Source: a virus. Taken from it: a DNA stretch of 14,588 bases. How positions within the stretch are numbered: position 1 is the first letter of the stretch; each line of letters opens with the position of its first letter. Made by a program: the position numbers and the translations under genes. Location of the stretch: the UHGV virus genome UHGV-1840666, one strand, 5' to 3'. Of this stretch, positions 1 through 7,815 are shown one piece after another. Under the pieces are notes generated by a model. It was not told where the DNA came from, made no database searches, and saw only the letters and a program-made list of their open reading frames with translations.

Positions 1-65
1 ACGGTATTTCCCGCGTGGTGTATGACATCAGCGGCAAGCCACCAGCAACTATTGAGTGGGAATGA
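1..65 (+). CDS. guaA: 3-prime end of upstream host-like gene, resembling the GMP synthase (GuaA) C-terminus; partial, continues left of window
   Basis: Frame 3 translates to ...GISRVVYDISGKPPATIEWE then TGA at 63-65. The ...PPATIEWE ending matches my recollection of enterobacterial GuaA; not verified. Confidence 0.45.
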   Translation, partial: GISRVVYDISGKPPATIEWE

Positions 66-113
66 TTAATAGCTAACTCATAGCAAATCATTTCTATTCA
101 GACACTAACTCAA

Positions 114-143
114 CCTCTGTTTTTACAGAGGGTTTTTGTTTTT
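114..143 (+). terminator. Rho-independent terminator after the guaA-like gene
   Basis: Stem CCTCTG (114-119) / CAGAGG (126-131), loop TTTTTA, followed by GTTTTTGTTTTT. Confidence 0.6.
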
Positions 144-256
144 ATGTATTCATTTCTATTCACTCTACACCATATTTTTCGGCGGTACAGGTGACGGTAT
201 TACCTTAAAGGTATACTCTCATACCGTCATGAAAATGGTTTCTATACGGGTGAATT

Positions 257-1506
257 GTGCTTACCGATACAAAATTAAAAAACCTCAAGCCGCAGGACAA
301 ACTGTACAAGGTCTCCGATCGTGACGGGCTGTATGTAGCTGTGCTTACGTCAGGCACGGTCTCGTTTCGCTACGACTACCGTATCAACGGTCGCCGCGAA
401 ACGCTGGTAATCGGGCAGTATGGGCGTGACGGTATCAGCCTGGCAGAAGCGCGAGAAGAACTGATTGCTGCAAAGAAGCTGCTTAAAGCAGGCCAGTCAC
501 CGGCTGCGGCTAAACGTGACGGTATCAAAAAGATTCGTGGTGCCGAGACGTTTGCGGTACATACCGACAGTTATATGAAACACGTCATCCTGGCTGACAG
601 TACCCGCGCAATGAAACAGGCGGTGATCGACCGTGACATACTTCCGGTTCTTGGCAATAAAATGATGGCTGAAATTACCACATCGATGGTTCGTGATTTG
701 TGTGACCGGATTGTCGAACGCGGTGGCCGGGCAACAGCAGTGCAGGCCAGGGAGATCATCAGTAGCGTATACCGTCACGCCAATGACCGTGGTCATGGTT
801 TGTTTAATCCTGCGGCTGACATTAAACCTTCGTCTATCGCCATATTTAAACCAAGAGAGCGAACACTGACACCAGAAGAAATTGGCCTGTTCTTCCGCAC
901 GCTGGATGCCATTGGTGCTATGGCACTATGAAAATGGCTTTAAAGCTGGTGCTTATCACTATGGTTCGTAAAGGCGAATTCACCAACGCAACGTGGGATG
1001 AAATAGATTTTAAAAAATGGACATGGACCATTCCTTCAGACCGCATGAAGGGAAGCCGGGCGCACGTTATTTACCTGCCTAAACAGGCTCAGGATATATT
1101 GGTCGGATTGCAGATGTGCGCTGGTGGAAGTGAATATCTGGTTCCTGGTCGTTACAATTTCCGGAAGCCATTATCTAATGCCGCGCTGAACTCTCTGATC
1201 GACAGAACGGTGAAAATAATAAATGAAGATGGTGAGCATATTCAGGGCTTCACCGTACACGATATGCGCCGTACAGCCAGTACATTGTTGCATGAGGCTG
1301 GTTATCCTTCAGACTGGATTGAAAAGGCTCTGGCACATGAGCAGAAAGGTGTGCGCGCCGTATATAACAAAGCGGAATACGCCAGACAGCGCGCCTACAT
1401 GTTGCAGCAGTGGGCCGATATGATTGATTCCTGGATTGACGGGGAGCATACGGATCTGATTCCGTTCTCCCCGTCGAAGTTTGAGAAGTGGATGGCGGGG
1501 GAATAA
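257..1506 (+). CDS. int: Tyrosine recombinase, P4-type phage integrase (N-terminal DUF4102-like arm-binding region plus C-terminal catalytic domain); split into two ORFs (257-931, 928-1506) by a frameshift near 925-935
   Basis: N-terminal ORF (GTG start) has LTDTKLKNLKP...YRINGRRETLVIGQYG typical of P4-like integrases. C-terminal ORF has VLITMVRKGEF...HDMRRTASTLL...YNKAEYARQ (R/H-x-x-R and Tyr region). Combined about 415 aa. Frame change 2 to 1 is consistent with a 1-bp deletion. Confidence 0.85.
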
Positions 1507-1509
1507 CGT

Positions 1510-1704
1510 TTAATTATTCTGCTGATTTTCTTCCATCTCGGCTTCTGCTGCCAGTGATTCAATTTTATCTGTGAATATTGCTGACAGTGTTGCAAATTCA
1601 GCATCAGTGACAGCGGGAATTGGAACAAACCTGATCCCGCTGTGTGCAAGCATGTTTGCAGTTTCAAGGCATTTCCTTAAATCTGCTGGTGATGCCCTGT
1701 TCAT
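1510..1704 (-). CDS. Small acidic hypothetical protein (about 64 aa), last gene of the leftward operon
   Basis: ATG at 1704-1702 overlaps the methyltransferase stop (ATGA coupling). Product MNRASPADLRKCLETANMLAHSGIRF...EAEMEENQQNN. Taken from the C-terminal part of the 1510-1824 track ORF. Confidence 0.35.
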   Translation of the reverse strand: MNRASPADLRKCLETANMLAHSGIRFVPIPAVTDAEFATLSAIFTDKIESLAAEAEMEENQQNN

Positions 1705-2347
1705 GCTGCACGCTCCCGCCCCTGGTTGTCTGTTGGTGACAGCGGAGCATTGCTGAATGCATTTGTTAATCCGGCAATATACAACGCGTATCCAGGGTGT
1801 AGTTGCACTGCTGGGTCTTCGCACTGATTACCCCAAACATCGAAGCCATGAGACGTTTGGCGGGCGAACAGTTCAATGCGAGAAACATCGCCTAACAATT
1901 GCACAAGTTTTTCACGAACGACATCTGGTTTTCTTGAATGCTCAAGCCGCGGTGCGGTAAATGACTGAACGATACCTGCATTAATGCGCGGAGGTAGTTT
2001 TCCCTTTACCGCAAACAGGCAATCTTCACTGTTGGCGCGAGTCATGTGTCCCATCCCCATAACCAGTTTATCTGGTTGTCGACTACCACATTTTATCCAC
2101 GTGAAGCCCTTCATGGTCATCAGACGAAATCCCCAGGCTTCAACAACTTTTAGTGCTTCGAGTGGTTGTGTTGGCACCCACCACATGGCCAACAGACAGT
2201 TTTCATCGGCCAAATCCCACACAGGAAGGCGGCAGATATCCAGCACACTCATAACCGGATATTTAAAACCGGCACCGCGATTACCATCTGCGGCTTTGTC
2301 CCGGTATACCCAGGTGGATCTGCATAGATTAGCGTGTATTTTTTCAT
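1701..2347 (-). CDS. MT-A70 family (phage Dam-like) DNA N6-adenine methyltransferase; frameshifted inside the DPPW catalytic motif near 2310-2314
   Basis: N-terminus MKKYTLIYADPP (frame of ORF 2249-2473) is followed, after a -1 shift, by WVYRDKAADGNRGAGFKYPVMSVLDI... continuing into the 183-aa ORF, which ends ...FDVWGNQ. The observed CCACCTGGG would read DPPW if it were CCACCCTGG. Confidence 0.8.
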
Positions 2348-2480
2348 TGTTCTGCTCCCAGACTTCCTTTGGTAAAGGCTTGTATCAGCCTGTTTGCTGC
2401 CGCTTTCTGTGCTGCTACATTGGCAATAACTGATAGTTTTTCCTGGCTTGCTTTCGTGCAGATCCCAACCCAATTATCCA

Positions 2481-3445
2481 TTAGGAAAAAATTCTCTCTT
2501 TCTGCGAATCAGTATTTGCACATAATGTTTCAATCATTGAAATTATTTCTTTTATTGAGTGATTAACCATCATTTGCTGAACAGCATAGCCAAAAGCGTT
2601 AATCATCACTGCATGAAACTGGATATATTCTCTTTTGTATTCTGATTGCTTTGTACCATGGCGAATTGCTTCTAGTTGTGTAAGACATAACCATGATTCC
2701 CATACTGACTCGATGTTACCAATTTCTAGTTTTTTCCCATTATGAATACAAAATTTTGATGTTGAATCACTTAATGCTTTGAAACTCACCCACATGTTTG
2801 ACTTTGACGGAACAACGTTGTGCTCGAAGTCAGTGACTTCTGCAAAAGTGTCATGTTGCGACAGGAAAGACACCATTTCTTGGGCAACATCGTTTCGTCC
2901 GTCATACGCCATATTAATTGCTGCAGATGGTTTTGAAACATTATTATTAATGTCAGAAAAGAACTGCTGACGCGCTTCAAAGGAAGGTTATGCGTAAGCA
3001 TAAGAGGAATCATAATTGTTTCGCCATAATTACGGCAGAACTCAGCTAATCCTGCAGCACGATGCTGTCCATCAAATAATTTTATTTCTGCATCCATAGG
3101 AAATCTAGCTAAACCGACATTAGTATTTCCAATCTCATGGAACTCTATTTCTGAGTTACAATTTCCGACCAATGGTGGAACAATAAATGGTTCCTTTTTC
3201 TCGTAAGCGTTGACTAAATATTGATAAAACTTTTTTACCCTGGTTGGATTAATTTCACGTTGAGAACGTTCAAGGGTACTTCCCGTATTGTCGGTTGCCA
3301 ATACTCTCGATAGTGCTCTTGCTGGTACTGTCATCATAAGTATTACAGTGCTTCCCTGCGTTCCTCGTGATGCGGGAAATTCAAAGAAATAATCGCCTAC
3401 CTTGCTCATGATATTACCTTTTACATTATTGTTTTGATTATTCAT
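2481..3445 (-). CDS. DGQHR-domain protein (DndB-like, ParB/Srx-fold); two overlapping ORFs joined by a 1-bp frameshift near 2979-2981
   Basis: N-terminal ORF contains ...IKLFDGQHRAAGLAEF..., the signature DGQHR motif. The downstream frame reads through as ...FEARQQFFSDINNNVSKPSAAINMAYDGRND... to the stop at 2481. Start could be ATG 3445 or ATG 3409 (MSKVGDYFFEF). Confidence 0.7.
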
Positions 3446-3737
3446 AAACCACCCCGCAACATCCTATGCCGCTATAGTCGCCACGGCGAAGGCCGTTACC
3501 TTTTGTGATACATTGGTCCCTGCGAACCGCGATCCTTGCACGTTCAACATCACCAGAAGCAACATCCATACACTGAAGCCAAAGGTGAGCGGCAATGCGG
3601 AATTGCCCTTTTTTCTCTCTTTCAATCGCGCGTTTTTCGATCTCTATCGCCGCAGGAGTAACGGCGACAATCTTTGACGGACTGCGCATTGAAACCTTAT
3701 TCATGTGATATTTTTCAAGTCGGCTTAACTTTCTCAC
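3438..3737 (-). CDS. Hypothetical protein (about 99 aa)
   Basis: ORF with GTG start at 3737 preceded by AGAGAGGG (RBS-like). Stop overlaps the start of the DGQHR gene. No recognisable family. Confidence 0.45.
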   Translation of the reverse strand: MRKLSRLEKYHMNKVSMRSPSKIVAVTPAAIEIEKRAIEREKKGQFRIAAHLWLQCMDVASGDVERARIAVRRDQCITKGNGLRRGDYSGIGCCGVVYE

Positions 3738-3850
3738 TTAATCCAACCCTCTCTGAAAATTAATGCCAGCAGATAAAGCCATGCTGAAACAGAGGCCAGG
3801 AATAAGTACCATCCTGACCATTTGCTCCAGTGCCTTAGCAGCACACTCAT
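3734..3850 (-). CDS. Small hydrophobic peptide (38 aa), putative single-pass membrane protein
   Basis: ATG 3850-3848 to TGA 3736-3734, product MSVLLRHWSKWSGWYLFLASVSAWLYLLALIFREGWIK with a 19-residue hydrophobic core. Stop overlaps the GTG start of the downstream gene (GTGA). Weak RBS. Confidence 0.3.
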   Translation of the reverse strand: MSVLLRHWSKWSGWYLFLASVSAWLYLLALIFREGWIK

Positions 3851-3937
3851 GCAGCGTTGCTCACAGGACGATATACACGTTGCTGAACAGGAGGCTTTTT
3901 ACCCTGGAACTCTGCCGGGCTTGCTGCCTGACGTTCA

Positions 3938-4096
3938 TCAACTCCACAGCTCAACTTCGTCACGGTTCCATGCGCAGCGTTTGTCAGTGATATACCAGCG
4001 TTTAGGAAATTCACCTGCGCGCTCCATACGGTCGATAGTGCTCCATGACAGTGGCACCACCGCCAGGAGTTCCTTCTTACCTAATGCACCTTTCAT
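3938..4096 (-). CDS. AlpA/excisionase-family small DNA-binding regulator (52 aa)
   Basis: ATG 4096-4094 preceded by AGAGAGG. Product MKGALGKKELLAVVPLSWSTIDRMERAGEFPKRWYITDKRCAWNRDEVELWS matches the AlpA-family winged-HTH pattern (..LS.STI.R....G.FP......W...EV..W). Below the 60-aa track cutoff. Confidence 0.5.
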   Translation of the reverse strand: MKGALGKKELLAVVPLSWSTIDRMERAGEFPKRWYITDKRCAWNRDEVELWS

Positions 4097-4145
4097 AAAT
4101 ACCTCTCTTGGTTGCAGTGCGGCGCGCGTGGCGCCGCGGTGGTGG

Positions 4146-5063
4146 TTACATAGATGTTTCGTTTAATTCTTCCCGACGAACGCTGTAAACGTCGGTGGCT
4201 TTTGCCAGCAGTTCGTCATCATCTGAAAGTTTTTGTGCAATGTATTTGTAAGCCTTATCCAGTTCGGAGACAGTGCTGTAATTCATCGCTGCGCTGGTAA
4301 AGGCCATCAGCATTTCTTCTGGATCACGGCTATCCGCTTTACGCGTTTGCTCATCAGGCTTTTTCACTGTTTTAGCGTTGATCAGACTGTTCATGCTGGA
4401 TGCTGTGCCGTGCTTTGCCTGACTTCTTGGAGTTACGTCACGTTCAATAATGTCAGGTGAGTCGATATATTTACCTTCCATTTCCTCAGCTGTGGCTTGT
4501 TGACCAATCTCCGGCCATGCTTTACGTAATGCCTGTGCCTCTGCGCATTTTGCCAACTGCGCATAAGGCGCTTTTTCCACATGGCATTTGGTGCCGATGT
4601 GTCACGCCCCCCAGTTGCATAGTTCTCAATCCAGTATTCTTTGGCGCTAAACTCTACGATTTCCCCGCTTGCCCATTCGCTTGCTGACGGTGTACTTACA
4701 CCACTGAGGGAAGGTAACCTCCACGCCTGAAAGCGTTTGTGTTACATCTGGACCGAACTCAGGTTCATTAGCGCCTGCGTAATCGCCGGAACGGTAGGCC
4801 TGAATGCGATAAAGTCCAATGCCAGGCATGACCACGTCGCGCCATTCATTCTTTCCACTCTTCGAGTCTTTAACACTCATTGGTACCAGGTGTACCGGCT
4901 TAAGAAGAGGATCGAGTTGACGCGCCCGGCAGTAATCGACTGCCATCATTACCGATTCATCTTTTGCCCCAGGGTAAATACTGTTTTTCAGAGCGCTCCA
5001 TGTAACTTCATCGATTCCCCGAATAGCCAACACATCATTGGTGATTGCAATTTCGTTGCTCAT
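4146..5063 (-). CDS. recT: RecT-family single-strand annealing recombinase; disrupted by two homopolymer frameshifts (near 4663-4666 and 4572-4576)
   Basis: ATG 5063-5061 overlaps the exonuclease stop (ATGA). N-terminal ORF ...DYCRARQLDPLLKPVHLVPM...GIGLYRIQAYRSG; the middle segment reads in another frame (...EIVEFSAKEYWIENYATGGRDTSAPNAMWKK); C-terminal ORF (V)EKAPYAQLAKCAEAQALRKAW... Placed next to a RecE-like exonuclease. Confidence 0.8.
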
Positions 5064-5881
5064 ACGTACATATCCTGTTTGCGTGCCCACTCAGGGCGTT
5101 TAATAATTTCCACGCCGCCCCATTCATCGCTGATGCGGCATTCGTGATAGGTATTCAGATCCCGGCGGAACAGAGCGTGCCCGGCATCGACATCCGGCGC
5201 ATCCAGCCCGAACACGCGTACCGGATACCGACCACAATCAATGCTTTCGCTCACGGCAAGAAAGAAAAAACCATGCGGCTGACCAGTAATCCTCATTGCG
5301 CCTTCGCGGTACATTGCGTCCTGCACGTGGTAGCGGAATTCCTCGATGTGACGTGCAAAACGGTCCATATCTGCAACCTTTTTCACGTCGACGATCACGT
5401 TGTGCTCGTTCAGCCATTTGTCTGGACGAATTCGGCACAACTCACCCGTCTCTTCATCGTTCCAGTACATTGATGCTTCGCAGTAACCAGGTGCTTCCAG
5501 CATCCAGCGTGCCGCCGGGTGAGCCATTGCGCTATCACGCATCAGCTCCAGTTTCCGCCACTGCTCGGCATCAAGTACCGTAATCCCCATATCCGCTACA
5601 TCACGAAGAAATGCTTCTTCGTCAGCTTTACCTTGTTTCGTCCGACGATCGAACTTCGGTGAAACAATGAAGCGTTTGTCGAATTCTCCAGGCTCCAGAA
5701 GCAGACAGTGCAATGCGGTTCCCATATCCAGTGCAGACTTTTTCTCTTCGTCTTCTGGTGCTGCCTGAACCCATTTAAGAAGCGCCGGATTCTTGGCAAC
5801 CATGTCCAGTTGCGACTTACTCACGCCGTCACCGGCGTGGTAGTCTTCGTTGCTGATGTCGAAATAAATTCCCGGTTTCAT
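5060..5881 (-). CDS. RecE-like PD-(D/E)XK exonuclease (exodeoxyribonuclease VIII-like), partner of RecT
   Basis: Intact 273-aa ORF MKPGIYFDISNEDYHAGDG...RIRPDKW...VIVDVKKVADMD...; directly upstream of, and translationally coupled to, recT. Confidence 0.75.
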   Translation of the reverse strand: MKPGIYFDISNEDYHAGDGVSKSQLDMVAKNPALLKWVQAAPEDEEKKSALDMGTALHCLLLEPGEFDKRFIVSPKFDRRTKQGKADEEAFLRDVADMGITVLDAEQWRKLELMRDSAMAHPAARWMLEAPGYCEASMYWNDEETGELCRIRPDKWLNEHNVIVDVKKVADMDRFARHIEEFRYHVQDAMYREGAMRITGQPHGFFFLAVSESIDCGRYPVRVFGLDAPDVDAGHALFRRDLNTYHECRISDEWGGVEIIKRPEWARKQDMYV

Positions 5882-6177
5882 GCCGCTTCCCTCTGCCCAT
5901 CAAGCTGATCCGCCAGATCCCAGCGCGCTATAATTGCCATTGCCTCGCGCCGGTAGGAATCCATCAGTTCTTCGAACTCAGGGCTGTCTTTAGCAGCCTC
6001 CAGCACTTCCTGACGAACGCCTTTGCCTGTTACAACGTCGAAAGTTGAGGACAGTTGATGAAGTCGGATGCTCTCAATCAGTTCAACTTGTCGGTCATAT
6101 AGCTGTTCTGACAGGCGGTAGTCCTTGTCGAATGCCAGCATGATTTTTTGAAGATTTTTCTGCTGATTAACGTTCAT
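5878..6177 (-). CDS. Hypothetical phage protein (about 99 aa)
   Basis: ORF with ATG at 6177 preceded by GGGAGGG (6190-6184); the track's earlier start at 6192 lacks an RBS. Stop overlaps the exonuclease ATG. Confidence 0.55.
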   Translation of the reverse strand: MNVNQQKNLQKIMLAFDKDYRLSEQLYDRQVELIESIRLHQLSSTFDVVTGKGVRQEVLEAAKDSPEFEELMDSYRREAMAIIARWDLADQLDGQREAA

Positions 6178-6179
6178 TA

Positions 6180-6332
6180 TCAGCCCTCCCATATCTCGTT
6201 ATCGTTGGCCACATCGCGAGCTTCTTTGCTGACGAAAGCCCACTTAATGCCTTCCTGTAAGGTGCGGAACTTCCAGCTCATGAATCCGCATGCAGTAACG
6301 CAGTACCAACCGTTGATGATTTTCCACTGCAT
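6180..6332 (-). CDS. Small hypothetical protein (50 aa), first gene of the leftward early operon
   Basis: ATG 6332-6330 just downstream of the leftward promoter/operator region, product MQWKIINGWYCVTACGFMSWKFRTLQEGIKWAFVSKEARDVANDNEIWEG; stop 3 nt before the next ATG. Confidence 0.35.
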   Translation of the reverse strand: MQWKIINGWYCVTACGFMSWKFRTLQEGIKWAFVSKEARDVANDNEIWEG

Positions 6333-6351
6333 AACTTGTTACCTCGGTCTG

Positions 6352-6428
6352 TTACCGTTGAGGTAATAATTATGCGTATTTGGTTTGATGTCAATAGATA
6401 TGAGTTAAAAAAATTACCCATAAGGTAA
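6352..6428 (-). promoter_or_regulatory. Leftward early (PL-like) promoter with two flanking operators
   Basis: Palindromes TTACCgttgaGGTAA (6352-6366) and TTACCcataaGGTAA (6414-6428) flank a perfect -35 TTGACA on the minus strand (6394-6389); AT-rich -10 region is ambiguous. An extra half-site TTACC lies at 6339-6343. Confidence 0.5.
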
Positions 6429-6440
6429 TCTTGTTGGCAA

Positions 6441-6463
6441 TAAAAAAGCCGCCATGAGGCGGC
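6441..6463 (-). terminator. Rho-independent terminator downstream of the repressor gene
   Basis: GCCGCC (6448-6453) / GGCGGC (6458-6463) stem with ATGA loop; on the minus strand the stem is followed by TTTTTT (complement of the A-run 6442-6447). Confidence 0.6.
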
Positions 6464-6485
6464 TTACTTACTGAAAACTATAGTT

Positions 6486-7069
6486 TTATTGTTTGCTTCT
6501 TTCGTTCTGGCTGATGACAAATTCAATGTAACTTTCGATCTTTGCCTTCTCTGTTTCGGGTAACAATGCGTAGCGCGAGCGGTCATAGTTGATAGTCGCA
6601 GGGTCGTGCGGGTGAATCAGTAATTCATAGCCGTGACGCCCGAATGCGGATGCAACATTCTCCAGGGTGGAAATGGAAACGCTGACTTCATTGTTTAACA
6701 GGCGGCTGATTGTCACCTGGCGACGCCGGATGCGCGGTGTAGTTTTCCCTGCGTTGAAAGGTCGCGGCTTTCGCTCATCCAGCGTTCCAGGTTGTGAGCC
6801 GCCAGCTGACCAATGTCGCTTGGGCCGACAGGCTGAAACCCCTCCTGAGAAAGCGAGCGATCGATATCAAGCCAGTTACGGGGTTTATTGGCGGCAGCTT
6901 CAATTTTTCGCGCAACCTGGTCGCCGATAACCTTCTTGCCAAGAGCCCAGCGGTTTACCAGATTTGCCTGAGTTCCAAGTTTTTCTGCCATCCGCGTCTG
7001 AACACCATTGAATTCACGGTCGATCAAGTCGTTGAGATTTTGCCTGCGGACGTCCTGGATACTTTTCAT
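6486..7069 (-). CDS. Phage immunity repressor with two tandem XRE-type HTH domains and no S24 peptidase domain; split by a 1-bp frameshift near 6714-6720
   Basis: N-terminal ORF ...GVQTRMAEKLGTQANLVNRWALGKKVIGDQVARKIEAAANKPRNWLD (HTH 1). After the shift the sequence reads ...LSTQGKLHRASGVAR-VTISRLLNNEVSVSISTLENVASAFG... (HTH 2). Sits between the two operator clusters, divergent from the Cro-like gene. Confidence 0.8.
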
Positions 7070-7124
7070 TTTCTGGAAAATCGCCTCATATATGAATCAG
7101 TAGATGATTCAATTTAAAGCAATA

Positions 7125-7187
7125 TTACCCAACAGGTAAATGCACCTCATAGGTAACTATCCTTGATTTTTGTTACCTTATGGGTGA
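7125..7187. promoter_or_regulatory. Tripartite operator region (OR-like) between the repressor and cro-like genes
   Basis: TTACCcaacaGGTAA (7125-7139), GCACCtcataGGTAA (7142-7156, imperfect), TTACCttatgGGTGA (7173-7187, imperfect); candidate -35 TTGATT at 7163-7168. Confidence 0.5.
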
Positions 7188-7223
7188 ATATTTATTATCT
7201 GAAATAAATATCAGGCAATAGCT

Positions 7224-7454
7224 ATGAGCGATAACGGACATTTCGATTTCAAAAAGCACTGGCTTGCACTTACTCCGGATGAGCGTGAAGCCTTCGCACA
7301 GGAAGCCGGAACGACGAGTCACTATATCCAGACTCACTTAACAGGTAAGCGCAAAATGCCAGGTAAAGTATTGATGAATGGGCTTTTTAAAGCCTGTAAA
7401 ACAAGACAATGGCTGCGCTCAAAAGCAGAACTGGCATACTTCTTCTACTCATGA
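7224..7454 (+). CDS. Cro/YdaS-like small HTH regulator (76 aa)
   Basis: First rightward gene after the operator region; ...TPDEREAFAQEAGTTSHYIQTHLTGKRKMPGKVLMNG... is HTH-like; followed by a terminator. Confidence 0.6.
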   Translation: MSDNGHFDFKKHWLALTPDEREAFAQEAGTTSHYIQTHLTGKRKMPGKVLMNGLFKACKTRQWLRSKAELAYFFYS

Positions 7455-7476
7455 TATCCAGCTACAACCCTCTGTA

Positions 7477-7498
7477 GACCGCCACCCGGCGGTCTTTT
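7477..7498 (+). terminator. Rho-independent terminator after the cro-like gene (tR1-like position)
   Basis: GACCGCC (7477-7483) / GGCGGTC (7488-7494) stem, ACCC loop, then TTTT. Confidence 0.6.
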
Positions 7499-7602
7499 CA
7501 TATCTATTCGTACCTCAAAGGTAATAAAAAACCAAATCTGGTTGATCAAATTTTCCAATTGTGCAAAATATCCAATATCAATAACAAAAAGAGGCGGAAA
7601 AA

Positions 7603-7815
7603 TTGAAGATAGTAACCAGAATGGAGGCCGCAAAAGCCGGGTTAAATCGCTATTTCACAGGAAAGCGGTGCCGTCACGGCCATCTCTCTGAAAGGTATGT
7701 TCTGAACGGAACATGTGTTGAATGTGCAATGAATAGCGCCAACCGCCATCGTAATGAATTTGCTTGTGCACTAAAGAGTGCAAGAGGGGAAACCTATGGC
7801 AAGCAGCTGGATTAA
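7603..7815 (+). CDS. Small Cys/His-rich hypothetical protein at the cII position (about 70 aa)
   Basis: TTG start with AGAGG RBS 8 nt upstream; product has C-x-H-G-H ... C-x-x-C spacing (KRCRHGHLSERYVLNGTCVECAM), suggesting a zinc ribbon. Function unknown. Confidence 0.45.
   Translation: MKIVTRMEAAKAGLNRYFTGKRCRHGHLSERYVLNGTCVECAMNSANRHRNEFACALKSARGETYGKQLD

Noticed and set aside
136-324. ORF 136-324 upstream of and overlapping the integrase start
   Set aside because: Begins inside the guaA-like terminator and runs across the integrase start in another frame; the integrase N-terminus (LTDTKLKNLKP) is already complete from GTG 257.
1984-2433. Plus-strand ORFs 1984-2433, 1757-1960 and 2369-2566 overlapping the methyltransferase region
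   Set aside because: Antisense to a gene with clear family signatures; no RBS and low-complexity Ser/Cys-rich products.
3763-4166. Plus-strand ORFs 3763-3990 and 3822-4166
   Set aside because: The minus strand here carries an AlpA-like gene with a strong RBS and a coupled small peptide; the plus-strand products lack any family features.
4233-5473. Plus-strand ORFs antisense to recT and the exonuclease (4233-4460, 4457-4687, 4737-5147, 5045-5473, 5296-5583)
   Set aside because: They overlap well-supported minus-strand recombination genes; typical shadow ORFs.
7125-7187. NutL/NutR-type boxA/boxB antitermination sites and an N-like gene
   Set aside because: No boxB-like hairpin (GCCCTGAAAAAGGGC-type) was found downstream of either early promoter, and no Arg-rich N-like ORF is at the expected position; absence is not proven by eye.
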